Positions 17,804 to 28,046 of a DNA stretch of 32,000 nt are shown piece after piece (the first letter of the stretch is position 1; each line of letters begins with the position of its first letter). Position numbers and translations under genes: made by a program. Source of the stretch: Candidatus Binataceae bacterium (GTDB taxonomy: Bacteria > Desulfobacterota > Binatia > Binatales > Binataceae). Under the pieces are notes generated by a model that made no database searches, was not told the origin of the DNA, and saw nothing but the letters and a program-made list of their open reading frames with translations. The stretch is taken from the NCBI GenBank assembly GCA_035504735.1, contig DATJRJ010000275.1, positions 1 to 32,000 of the forward strand. The letters run 5' to 3'.

Positions 17804-19039
17804 TTGCGTTACGAATTTAAAATCGCATTGCGTTATCTGAAAGCGCGCCGCAAAGAGGCGTTCATCTCGGTCACCACGCTCTTCACCGCGCTTGGCGTGA
17901 TGCTCGGGGTCGCGGCGCTGACGCTCACGCTGTCGGTGATGGGCGGCCTGGAGGCGAGCCTGCGCGCCCGGGTCCTGGCAGTCACGCCACAAATCGAGAT
18001 CCAGAGTTATAGCGGCGCGATCACCAACTACGGCGCGCTGGTCCGCCGCGCGCGAAACATCCCGGGCGTGACCGCGGCCGACCCGTTCATCGTGGCGCAG
18101 GCGATGGTGAGCTCCGCGGGCGGAGTTAGCGGTGTCGTGGTGCGCGGCATCGATGCCACCAGCCCGGGGATGATCGCGAAAATCGGGGCCTATATCCGGG
18201 CGGGCAGCCTTGCGAACCTGGCGCAAACGGGCGTGCAGTCCGGCGGGACAGCGCCGACGGCGGGCACGATCGCGCTCGGCACGACGCTGGCCGAGCGGTT
18301 GAAAGTAAAGGTGGGCGATACGGTTCGCGTGGTTGCCCCGATCGTCTCGGGAGGGCAACTGACGACCAAGGCCGGTCGCTTCAGAGTCGGAGCGATTTTC
18401 GAATCCGGCGTCGATTTCGTCGATCGCGATCTGGTTTTTATGGGCCTCGCGGCGACCCAGACCTTTTTCGGGCGCCCGGACCAGGCCGACGGCATCGAAC
18501 TGCATCTAGCCAATCTCGACGATACTGAGCAAATCACCCAGGTGCTGCGCACGAAGCTTGGCCAGCATTATGCGGTGCGCAACTGGATCAATTTTAACCA
18601 TGCCGCCTCGGCCGGTTTCGCGCTGCTCAAATGGGTATACTCGGCCGTGCTGTTGCTGCTGATTGGCGTCGCCGCGTTCAATCTTATTGCCACGCTAATT
18701 ATGGTGGTGATGGAGAAGCGCAAGGACATCGCGGTGCTGATCACGATGGGAGCGAGCCGATCGGCGATACGGCTGGTGTTCGTGTTGAAAGGGCTGATCG
18801 TGGGTGCGGTGGGCACCGCCGCCGGCCTTCTGCTAAGCGCGCTGGGATGTTTCGCGCTCGCGCACTATCACTTCATCCACATCCCCAAGGCGGTCTATGG
18901 AATCTCGACCGTGCCGATCGCCGCTGACCCGTTCAATTTTGTGCTGGTGGCGTTTGCTTCGCTGACACTATGCCTGTTGGCTACCATATACCCGGCACGC
19001 CAGGCTTTGCGCGAAACGCCTGCCGAAGTATTGCGATAA
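17804..19039 (+). CDS. LolC/LolE-family lipoprotein-releasing ABC transporter permease
   Basis: 411 aa; FKIALRYLKARRKEAFISVTTLFTALGVMLGVAALTLTLSVMGGLE; GGVSGVVVRGIDA; C-terminal LYPARQAL-like ATIYPARQALRETPAEVLR; TTG start. Confidence 0.88.
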   Translation: MRYEFKIALRYLKARRKEAFISVTTLFTALGVMLGVAALTLTLSVMGGLEASLRARVLAVTPQIEIQSYSGAITNYGALVRRARNIPGVTAADPFIVAQAMVSSAGGVSGVVVRGIDATSPGMIAKIGAYIRAGSLANLAQTGVQSGGTAPTAGTIALGTTLAERLKVKVGDTVRVVAPIVSGGQLTTKAGRFRVGAIFESGVDFVDRDLVFMGLAATQTFFGRPDQADGIELHLANLDDTEQITQVLRTKLGQHYAVRNWINFNHAASAGFALLKWVYSAVLLLLIGVAAFNLIATLIMVVMEKRKDIAVLITMGASRSAIRLVFVLKGLIVGAVGTAAGLLLSALGCFALAHYHFIHIPKAVYGISTVPIAADPFNFVLVAFASLTLCLLATIYPARQALRETPAEVLR

Positions 19040-19104
19040 GCGGCACGCCGTTTCGCCAACACGCGGCCGGTGCTTCTTCGCAAGCGATCGGGCTGTGATG
19101 AGGT

Positions 19105-19410
19105 TTATCGATCTGCCGGTTCAGAATTGTCGCGGCGCGGTGAGGCCGACTTCGGTTTGCGAATCACCAGCGTTTCATGGCCGCGCACCTTGATGGTGCG
19201 AGCTGAGTCAGACTGGAAACTTCCATTGCTGCCGCTCTCCTCGGGGTGCCGAGGCCGGCTGCTGCCATTGTGACGCCGCCGCCGCCAATTGCTCAGTTCT
19301 TCAGAAAGTTTGGAAGCGACCGAATGGTCCCGCTCTGCATGTTCCCGCTCTTCGGCTTCGGCAGCGGTCTCGTCGCGGTCGGTATCTGGTGGTGGCTCCT
19401 GCGAACTCAT
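19105..19410 (-). CDS. Small, highly charged hypothetical protein
   Basis: 101 aa; strong Shine-Dalgarno upstream on the minus strand (cgGAGGAAGGataaaATG). Confidence 0.5.
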   Translation of the reverse strand: MSSQEPPPDTDRDETAAEAEEREHAERDHSVASKLSEELSNWRRRRHNGSSRPRHPEESGSNGSFQSDSARTIKVRGHETLVIRKPKSASPRRDNSEPADR

Positions 19411-19678
19411 TTTATCCTTCCTCCGTTAAACGTAACCATGTCCTCCTATATGTCAGATCAAAGAAATCGCGCTGATGTGGATTCTGCGACGGATGCGCCG
19501 TATTCGTAACCGCTTCGATTTTTAGAACTTCGACGTTGTATGTTGTGCGCGTGTGAAGCCGCCGCCTCAAGTAGGGTCGGGGAATTTGGATGGTTCTCGG
19601 TCAGCCTGATCTTTGTCGCTCGTAGATACCGGTTTTCGGTCCGGCCTGGATTGGAGTTTAGAGGATCAGATCATCCGT

Positions 19679-20011
19679 CTAGACGGAAAAGAGGCTCTGC
19701 ATCCTGAGCGCCAAGCCCATATCACCCGCGATACGCAGCTTACCCGTCATGAACGCGACCTGGCCGTTGAGCTTGCCGTTTACGAGATCCAGATAATCCT
19801 GCGCAGACATCGAAATTGTGATATTCGGCGAAGCGTGCGCTCCTTCCTTCACCTGGCATTGCTCGTTGGCGATGATTACATGCCACTTGCCGCCGCCATC
19901 GCCGGCTAGATCGAATTGATAGACTACATTGAGCCCCTTAGAGGCCTCCTTGTTGAAGCGGCTCGGCATTATCTCAAATGCCTGCTTACACGAGGTCGGC
20001 GCATCTGCCAT
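19679..20011 (-). CDS. SCP2 sterol-binding-domain protein
   Basis: 110 aa; VVYQFDLAGDGGGKWHVIIAN...PNITISMSAQDYLDLVNGKLNGQVAFMTGKLRIAGDMGLALRMQSLF. Confidence 0.85.
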   Translation of the reverse strand: MADAPTSCKQAFEIMPSRFNKEASKGLNVVYQFDLAGDGGGKWHVIIANEQCQVKEGAHASPNITISMSAQDYLDLVNGKLNGQVAFMTGKLRIAGDMGLALRMQSLFSV

Positions 20012-20054
20012 TTAAGCTGGAGCCTCCCGAGAGGACGAACCCGACATGCAAGAC

Positions 20055-20084
20055 CATATAAACGCGCGCGTAAAACCTTGTCAA
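20055..20084 (-). promoter_or_regulatory. Candidate sigma70-type promoter for the SCP2-domain gene
   Basis: Minus strand TTGACA (20084-20079), spacer 17-18 nt, TTATAT/TATATG (20061-20055), about 45 nt upstream of the start codon. Confidence 0.5.
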
Positions 20085-20151
20085 TAGCGTAATCGCAGCA
20101 TACGGCAAACGCACGCGTACTAATCAGTTTCGAGACGCATTGGCACGCTGA

Positions 20152-21669
20152 TCAAAAACCGAAGATGTTCCCGGGCACGACCCTGATCAGATTGGTGCGT
20201 ACTTTCACCGGCGCTGCACCCTCGGTGATCGTGACGGCGCGATCACGATCGGGTGCGTTGCTCACCGTGCCGTCGAGATACGCATCTTTCCCGATCACCT
20301 TGACGGTCACACTGGTCAGCCCCGCGCCCTGAAGCTGGCGCATGATGGCATCCTGCTGTTGCTGCCATTGGCCCGTGTCGGTCGTAAGATTATCGATCAC
20401 ATCGCTGACGCCGCTCACACCCTGCACATTGTTGACTGCTATGCGCCGCGCTTTGTCGTCGAACACCTTGCCGTACAGCGTGACCACGCCGCCGCTGTTG
20501 GTATAGGCCTTGACGCGGCGTGTTCTCGGATCGACACGCAATCGATCCAGCACCTTTTCGAGCAGCGTCGGTCTCGGCGGACGCGCCGAAGCGACCCGTG
20601 TGCGATGCCGAGGCCGGGGTGCAGCTGACGCCGGCGCTGCGGCGACGGGCGGCGGCGGAAGTGCCGCCACCGGTGTCGGCAGGGCGGTTGGTGAAGGCGC
20701 CGCCAGCGCTAATTCCGGCGGTTCATTCGGGTCAAGCGTCGCCAGCTTGGCGCTCAATGCCGATTCTGCCTTCGTCGCCTCTGGACCGCCGTGCGAAAAG
20801 ACGATCGGCAAGTCGGCTTCGGCGGCGCCGGCACTACTCGCTCCGAAATCCCAGGTCGAGATCGAGTTCAACACCTCAGCATCAAGGCTGGGATTGGGCG
20901 CAGTCGAAGTCTTAATCGATGAGGCGACGACCTTGCCTCCCGCATCGATCGAGACGTGCACCAGCATTGCGTCGTGCGCCGTGCTGTCGGTATCGAGTGC
21001 ATGACCATAGATGCCGAGCAAGGTCCCGCGGTTGCTATCAAAAACTTTGTCGATCGCGTCGCGATTTCGTTCCGGAGCTTCTGCCGCCGGGCCGCTTACC
21101 TGGGTCGGGATTGTGCTCGCCAGCGTGACTTGCGGCGCGGCTGCGACGCCGGCAGGTGTCTGGGTAGCGGCCGGGGAAGCTTGGACGATTGGAGCGTTTG
21201 AGGAGGACTTTGTCAGATGCAACGCCAGCCAGGCGCCCCCAACCAGCGCTACCAGCGCCGCGATTGTATAGCCGATGATTCCAATCCAACCGCGCGCTCC
21301 CGCCGAGTCATCATCACCCTCGCCGCCCGGCCGCTCATCGGGAAAGGTATGCTGGACGCGCGCGGTGCCGGTGGGTCCCGGCGTCGGTGACCGCAGCGGC
21401 TGAGAGGGCGGCGTCGCGGGACCTTGCGGCGGCGACGGCGCGGCTGAGGGGTCGAGGCGGGCGCCGCAGAAATTGCAGATAACCTCGCCCGGCTCGGCCT
21501 TGCCACCGCATACCGGACACTCGACCTGCGGCTCGGGCCCTGTACCGCCCGGAACGTCATCGACCCGCGTGGTCGCCGGACCTCCGGCGGAAACCAACGC
21601 GGTTCCATCATCGGGGCAAAATCGCTCCGCATCGGGGTAGGTCTTGTTGCATTGCGGGCAACGCTTCAT
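20152..21669 (-). CDS. Double zinc-ribbon, single-TM protein with TonB/AgmX-like domain and two BON-like domains
   Basis: MKRCPQCNKTYPDAERFCPDDG and CPVCGGKAEPGEVICNFCGARL ribbons; TM segment GIIGYTIAALVALVGGAWLAL; TonB-C-like VHVSIDAGGKVVASSIKTSTAPNPSLDAEVLNSISTWDF; BON-like GGVVTLYGKVFDDKARRIAVNNVQGVSGVSDVIDNL and KVIGKDAYLDGTVSN. Confidence 0.75.
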   Translation of the reverse strand: MKRCPQCNKTYPDAERFCPDDGTALVSAGGPATTRVDDVPGGTGPEPQVECPVCGGKAEPGEVICNFCGARLDPSAAPSPPQGPATPPSQPLRSPTPGPTGTARVQHTFPDERPGGEGDDDSAGARGWIGIIGYTIAALVALVGGAWLALHLTKSSSNAPIVQASPAATQTPAGVAAAPQVTLASTIPTQVSGPAAEAPERNRDAIDKVFDSNRGTLLGIYGHALDTDSTAHDAMLVHVSIDAGGKVVASSIKTSTAPNPSLDAEVLNSISTWDFGASSAGAAEADLPIVFSHGGPEATKAESALSAKLATLDPNEPPELALAAPSPTALPTPVAALPPPPVAAAPASAAPRPRHRTRVASARPPRPTLLEKVLDRLRVDPRTRRVKAYTNSGGVVTLYGKVFDDKARRIAVNNVQGVSGVSDVIDNLTTDTGQWQQQQDAIMRQLQGAGLTSVTVKVIGKDAYLDGTVSNAPDRDRAVTITEGAAPVKVRTNLIRVVPGNIFGF

Positions 21670-21791
21670 CGGCAGGCCTTGTCACTCAAGATTTTGTCGG
21701 TTGAATGATAGCGTTTAAAACGCCGCTTAAGCCACTGTCAACGAAGTTGGAAAAGCCTGGCGATTCGGAACCGCTATCGATTTTTCGAGAT

Positions 21792-22646
21792 TCAGACCTT
21801 CGCCAGCAGGTCATCATGCATGCCTTGCAGCTCGGCCAGCGCGTCGGCTGGATTGCGGCTCGCGTTCAGGATCACGCGGTCGACACCTAATGATGCCAGC
21901 TGCCGTACCTGCTCAGGACCAAGCGGCTTGGAAAACCTGGGGTTAACGGTGATCTCCAACGGGCGCGAGCGACGCGCCTCACGTTCATGGTTTCGCAGGC
22001 TCGCGATCGTCTGTGCAGTCTGATCGAGGCTCGTCATGATGCCGTACCAGCCATCGCCGACCTGTGCCGCACGTCGGAGCGAAGGCTCGGTATCGCCGCC
22101 TAGGACGATCGGCGGATGCGGTTGCTGCAGAGGCTTGGGCGCGAAACGTATCCCCTGCGTTTTAACCGTGCGCCCTTGATAGCTCGGGGCCGGGCTCGTC
22201 CAGAGTTCCTTCATAAGCGCAATCGACTCGCGAGTGTGCCGCGCTCGCCCCTCGAATTTCATGCCAATTGCCTCGAATTCCTCCTGGAGCCATCCGATAC
22301 CGATGCCGAAGATGAAGCGTCCGCCTGAAACCACGTCGAGGCTCGCCGCAGCCTTGGCGATAGCGAATGGATTGCGCATCGGCAAAACCAGCACGCCGGT
22401 CGCGAGCCGAATCCGGCTGGTGGCGCCGGCGATAAAGGCGAGCGCCACGATCGGGTCATGAAACGGCGTGTCCGGCGGCGCCGGCATCCGCCCCGAAGTC
22501 GAGTAGGGATAGGGCGAGCGATATTCGACCGGCAGCACGATGTGGTCGGGAATCCAGAGCGACTCGAAACCCAGCTCCTCGGCGCGCCTGGCGATCGCGA
22601 CCATCTCGGGGCCGGCAATCTGGTAGAGGAAGGTCGCGAATTTCAT
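21792..22646 (-). CDS. LLM-class (F420-dependent-type) oxidoreductase
   Basis: 284 aa; AEELGFESLWIPDHIVLP, RIRLATGVLVLPMRNPFAIAKAAASLDVVSGGRFIFGIGIGWLQEEFEAIG. Confidence 0.88.
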   Translation of the reverse strand: MKFATFLYQIAGPEMVAIARRAEELGFESLWIPDHIVLPVEYRSPYPYSTSGRMPAPPDTPFHDPIVALAFIAGATSRIRLATGVLVLPMRNPFAIAKAAASLDVVSGGRFIFGIGIGWLQEEFEAIGMKFEGRARHTRESIALMKELWTSPAPSYQGRTVKTQGIRFAPKPLQQPHPPIVLGGDTEPSLRRAAQVGDGWYGIMTSLDQTAQTIASLRNHEREARRSRPLEITVNPRFSKPLGPEQVRQLASLGVDRVILNASRNPADALAELQGMHDDLLAKV

Positions 22647-22737
22647 CGGCTGCTCCTATGCCCGCGAAGTTGCCTGCGCCTGCGAGTGTTGTTGGGCATC
22701 GTTTTTCTCCTGCGAAAAATTCCGCCTTAAGCGTTTA

Positions 22738-24120
22738 TCAAACCGCTTCACGATCCGGAAAATTCACTGCCAGGACGGTGGACTCGGCGACGCTCCGCAT
22801 ATCGAGCTGAAAGACATCGCCGCTAATACGGCCGATTACCGGCGGCCGCGCGCGACGAAACCAGCTGGCGATCGCGTCCGGCGAGAGCGTCGGATGCGTG
22901 ATCGCGAGCGCCCGGCTGGGCAACTGATAAGTGGGGAGCGACCCCGAACCGATCTCGGAGGTCGAGGGCACCACCTCGATCGCGAAGCCGGGTCCGAGCC
23001 GCGGCGCGATCAGCGCCCGGGACTGAATCGCGAGATCGTCGAGCTCGTCCAGCGTGCGGGTCAGCATGCGCAGCGTGGGCAGCGCCTCAGCCACCGTACG
23101 TGAGCGCAGGTAGATTCCGAGCGTCGCGGACAACGCCGCCAGCGTCAGTTTATCGCAGCGCAACGCGCGCTTGAGCGGATGGGATTTCAGACGCTCGACC
23201 AGCGCACGCCGGCCGACGATGATTCCCGCCTGCGGACCGCCGAGCAGCTTGTCGCCCGAAAAGGTCACCAGCCCGGCGCCCGCGGCGACGCTCTCCGCGA
23301 CCAGCGGCTCACGCGGCAAATCGAACGCCCCGAGATCGATCAACGCGCCTGAGCCGAGGTCCTCGATCACCTCGATACCGCGCGCCGCACCAATCGCCGC
23401 CAGCTCGGCCAGCGTCACCTCGCTGGTGAAGCCGACCACGCGGTAATTGGATGGATGGACCTTCATCAGCAACGCGGTATCGGGACCGATCGCGGCAGCA
23501 AAATCGTGCGGATGAGTCCGATTAGTGGTGCCGACCTCGCGGAGCCGCGCGCCGCTTTGTGCCATCACCTCCGGAATCCGAAAGGAGCCGCCGATTTCGA
23601 TCAGCTCGCCGCGTGAAACCACCACTTCCCTTCCCGCCGCCAGCGCGCTCAGCGCGAGCAGCACCGCGGCGGCGTTATTGTTGACCACGGTCGCGGCCTC
23701 GGCGCCGGTGAGCGCACACAGCTCCCGCTCGACCAGCGCGTCGCGGTCGCCACGTCCGCCGCTTTCGAGGTCATATTCGAGATTCACCGGCGAGCGCGCC
23801 GCCTGCACGATTGCGATGATTGCCTCTTCAGCCAGAAGCGCGCGGCCGAGGTTGGTATGCAGCACGACGCCGGTCGCATTGACCACCGGCATCAGCGCCG
23901 CGCCGTCAGCGGCAAAAGCCGCGCGGACCGCCGCCGTCACCCGTGCGAGCATCCCGGCGCGGCTGGCAGGCAGATCTGAAACGCCGGCCGCGATCGACGC
24001 GCGAATCGCGTCCTGCGCTCGGCGCGCCAGCATCTTCAGGTAACCGCGGCTCAGTTGATATTCGTCAAGCTCGGATGCGGCGGCAGCAATGCATTCGTCG
24101 ATCGGCGGCAGCAGGCGCAT
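22738..24120 (-). CDS. selA: L-seryl-tRNA(Sec) selenium transferase
   Basis: MRLLPPIDECI start (~24120), VVNATGVVLHTNLGRALL, VVNNNAAAVLLALSALAAGREVVVSRGELIEIGGSFRIPEVM, PLP-Lys motif TFSGDKLLGGPQAGIIVG. The ORF track extends to 24222. Confidence 0.93.
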   Translation of the reverse strand: MRLLPPIDECIAAAASELDEYQLSRGYLKMLARRAQDAIRASIAAGVSDLPASRAGMLARVTAAVRAAFAADGAALMPVVNATGVVLHTNLGRALLAEEAIIAIVQAARSPVNLEYDLESGGRGDRDALVERELCALTGAEAATVVNNNAAAVLLALSALAAGREVVVSRGELIEIGGSFRIPEVMAQSGARLREVGTTNRTHPHDFAAAIGPDTALLMKVHPSNYRVVGFTSEVTLAELAAIGAARGIEVIEDLGSGALIDLGAFDLPREPLVAESVAAGAGLVTFSGDKLLGGPQAGIIVGRRALVERLKSHPLKRALRCDKLTLAALSATLGIYLRSRTVAEALPTLRMLTRTLDELDDLAIQSRALIAPRLGPGFAIEVVPSTSEIGSGSLPTYQLPSRALAITHPTLSPDAIASWFRRARPPVIGRISGDVFQLDMRSVAESTVLAVNFPDREAV

Positions 24121-24231
24121 CGAAGCGCCGTTGCGCGCCCCTTCACCTGCCGCGCCGTCACGCTGTTTTGTCCGGGTCGCCACGCCAGCCTGATTATCGG
24201 AAAGCTGACCGCGCAAGCGCAAGCAGGTATC

Positions 24232-25398
<1,167 letters not shown>

Positions 25399-25611
25399 CT
25401 GGCCGCCGAAGAACAGGCGGAAGTTGCGATGCCCGAGGGCCCGGAACGCGCCGGCCCGCGTGGAAATTTGACCGCTGACGGTTTCGGCGGCGGCTTCGGT
25501 TTCGACTGTGCGTTCGATGATTGACGCTCGCCGACTGAGGTAGCGTTATTGTGCCAGAGCAAAACGCGCCGTGCGAGGCGCGCTCGGCGCGGCACCAGGG
25601 ATCGATCCGCC

Positions 25612-26604
25612 TTACGGCGTGACGACCTCGAAGCCGGCGCGCTCGATCATCTCACGGGTCGACGCGTAACCCCATCCGGGCGTGGTCAGATAACCGTTGA
25701 CGAAAATCGAGTTGACGGCGTTGAACAGTTCCGGCTGGCGCGCGCCGAGATTGAGCTCGCGGCCGCCCGCCGCGCGAACCTCGCTCTTCGGGTTGAGCAG
25801 GCGAAACAGACAGGCGGCTTTGAGACATCGCTCGGGCGAAAGCCGGCGGAGGTCCGCGAGCGGCGTGCCCTTGATCGGATGTAGAAAATTTATCGGGACC
25901 GAATCGATCGCCAGACGCCGGGTAGCATAAGCGAGATCGAGCAGATCGTCGTCGTCCTCGCCCATCCCGATGATGCCGCCCGAGCAGGTGCTGAGCCCCG
26001 CCGCGCGGACATTTTCGATCGTCGCAACCCGGTCGTCCCAACGATGCGTGGTACAGATTCGCGGGTAGAAGCGGCGGCTGGTGTTAAGATTATGGTTGAT
26101 CCAGCCCGCGCCCGCCTCCTTCAGGGTCTCGGCCTCTGCGCGACCCATGAGGCCGAGCGAAAGGCAGATCTCCAGGCTGGGGAGCTCGCTGCGGATGCGC
26201 TCGCAGGCCTCGCCCAGGTGCTCGATATCGCGAGCGGCCGGCCCGCGCATGCTGCACACCATGCAATAGCGCTGCGCGCCGGTTTCCGCCGCCTCGCGCG
26301 CGCCCGCGACTAACTCCGCAACGCTTTGCAGCTTGTAGACCGGGATATCGGCCTTCGAGAGACGTGATTGCGAGCAATAGTGGCAATCCTCGGGGCAGAT
26401 GCCGCTCTGGGCGTTGCGCAGCACACAAATCTTCACGCGCTTCCCGAACGCCGCAGAGCGCACCTTGAGGGTCGCCGCCAGCAGATCGGGCAGGCGATGG
26501 TCGGGACAATCCACGATCGCGCGTGCGGCAGGCCGCGGCAGTTCTGCGCCTTCGAGCACCTCGGCGGCCATCCGGTCGAAATCGAGCTCTTCTAATCGGG
26601 TCAT
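25612..26604 (-). CDS. bioB: Biotin synthase
   Basis: Radical-SAM CPEDCHYCSQS motif, NHNLNTSRRFYPRICTTHRWDDRVATIENVRAAGLSTCSGGIIGMGE, VPINFLHPIKGTPL. Confidence 0.95.
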   Translation of the reverse strand: MTRLEELDFDRMAAEVLEGAELPRPAARAIVDCPDHRLPDLLAATLKVRSAAFGKRVKICVLRNAQSGICPEDCHYCSQSRLSKADIPVYKLQSVAELVAGAREAAETGAQRYCMVCSMRGPAARDIEHLGEACERIRSELPSLEICLSLGLMGRAEAETLKEAGAGWINHNLNTSRRFYPRICTTHRWDDRVATIENVRAAGLSTCSGGIIGMGEDDDDLLDLAYATRRLAIDSVPINFLHPIKGTPLADLRRLSPERCLKAACLFRLLNPKSEVRAAGGRELNLGARQPELFNAVNSIFVNGYLTTPGWGYASTREMIERAGFEVVTP

Positions 26605-26727
26605 GATGGTTGGCTCGCCGGGGTCCTTGGGCGGCGGCCGGAGACCACAGGATTATGGCCTCGATCCCCCGTAATCAAGTGCCCCTGGCCGGCCAGGACG
26701 CCGGGGGCCTGCCCGCTCGAGGGGCTT

Positions 26728-26755
26728 TTGCGAAAATTTCAGGACGGTATAGAAT
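26728..26755 (+). promoter_or_regulatory. Candidate promoter upstream of the ribBA-like gene
   Basis: TTGCGA (26728-26733), 16-nt spacer, TAGAAT (26750-26755); same -10 hexamer as the leu promoter candidate. Confidence 0.35.
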
Positions 26756-26822
26756 TAAGGGGCCCGCAAGGGCAGCGTTCACCCCCGGCAGGGATCGGCG
26801 TTGCCCGATGGCTTGAGTCAGA

Positions 26823-27995
26823 ATGTTCGGCGAAATAAATCCACGCGCTAAACCCAAAGCTCCATTTATTTCTATCGAAGAGGCGCTCGAAGAGATCCGG
26901 CGCGGCCGGATGCTTATCCTGATGGATGACGAGGAGCGCGAGAACGAAGGCGACCTGTGCATGGCGGCGGAGAAGGTTACCGCCGAGGCCGTCAACTTCA
27001 TGGCCAAGTACGGACGCGGGCTGATCTGCCTGCCGATGTCCTCGGAGCGCGCCGACCAACTCGGGTTGAATCCGATGGTCGCCAACAACCAGGCGCCGCT
27101 CGGCACTGCGTTTACGATCTCGATCACCGCCAAGAGCGCCTCCGGCTCAGGCGTGTCGGCCCATTCGCGCGCTATCACGATCATGCAGGCAGTGCGCGAT
27201 GAGACGCGCGCCACCGACTTCACGCGGCCCGGCCACGTTTATCCGCTGCGCGCGCGCGATGGCGGCGTGCTGGTGAGGACCGGACAAACCGAAGGGGCCG
27301 TCGACCTGGCGCGGCTGGCGGGGCTCAAGCCGGCGGGTGTGATCTGCGAGATCCTGAAGGAAGACGGCACCATGGCGCGGCGTGATGACTTGGTGCAGTT
27401 CGCCAGAACTCACAAGCTCAAGATCGTGACCGTCGCTGATATTATTGGCCATCGGCTGCGGCATGAAACGATGGTGGTGCGGATCGCGGAGGCACGGCTG
27501 CCGACCGCGCACGGTGAGTTCCGCGCCCTCGTCTACCGCAACCGGGTCGATTTGACCGAGCATCTGGTGCTGGTGATGGGCACGGTCGATGCGGGCCGGC
27601 CGATCCTGGTGCGCGCCCATCGCGAGTACCTGCCCGGCGACGTATTCGGCTATCTTTCGCGCGATACGCGGAGCCTGCTCAAGGTCGCGATGGAGCGTAT
27701 TGCCGCGGCCGGCGAAGGGGTCATTCTGTATCTCAAGCGCGAGGCCAACGCGATCGCGGCAGAGCTCAATGGCAACGGGCAAAGGCGCGCGGTCAGCACC
27801 CATCTGAACCAGCCCGCGGTCGACTTTCGCGAGTACGGGATCGGCGCCCAGATTCTGCGTGATGTGGGCGTGCGAAAGATGATTCTGATGTCCGACACTC
27901 CGCCGCGGCTGGCGAATCTTACCGGCTACGGACTCGAGATCGTCGATCACATTCCACTCCTTATCGACCAGGCCGCCGCCGCCAATGGCAGATAG
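26823..27995 (+). CDS. RibBA-family fusion protein: DHBP-synthase-like N-half plus degenerate GTP-cyclohydrolase-II-like C-half (RibBX-like)
   Basis: DDEERENEGDLCMAAEKVT, RPGHVYPLRARDGGVLVRTGQTEGAVDLARLAG; C-half RAHREYLPGDVFGYLSRDTR and DFREYGIGAQILRDVGV. Confidence 0.88.
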   Translation: MFGEINPRAKPKAPFISIEEALEEIRRGRMLILMDDEERENEGDLCMAAEKVTAEAVNFMAKYGRGLICLPMSSERADQLGLNPMVANNQAPLGTAFTISITAKSASGSGVSAHSRAITIMQAVRDETRATDFTRPGHVYPLRARDGGVLVRTGQTEGAVDLARLAGLKPAGVICEILKEDGTMARRDDLVQFARTHKLKIVTVADIIGHRLRHETMVVRIAEARLPTAHGEFRALVYRNRVDLTEHLVLVMGTVDAGRPILVRAHREYLPGDVFGYLSRDTRSLLKVAMERIAAAGEGVILYLKREANAIAAELNGNGQRRAVSTHLNQPAVDFREYGIGAQILRDVGVRKMILMSDTPPRLANLTGYGLEIVDHIPLLIDQAAAANGR

Positions 27996-28046
27996 CTAGC
28001 CCACGAAAACCCGAAGCGTTTTCCGGTTTGGTTTTTCGATAACCAG

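Noticed and set aside
19674-19687. 14-nt perfect palindrome TCCGTCTAGACGGA
   Set aside because: Overlaps the stop codon of the SCP2 gene; single copy, no loop or T tract; not enough to call a regulatory site.
26685-26696. 12-nt palindrome CTGGCCGGCCAG between bioB and the ribBA-like gene
   Set aside because: GC-rich short palindromes are expected by chance here; no match to a known biotin regulator site that I can assert.
26605-26822. FMN riboswitch (RFN element) upstream of the ribBA-like gene
   Set aside because: I looked for the conserved GGGxxxGGUGAAAUUCCCxACCGGCGGU-like core and AGCCCGCGA segment and did not find them; a covariance-model scan (Rfam FMN) would be decisive.
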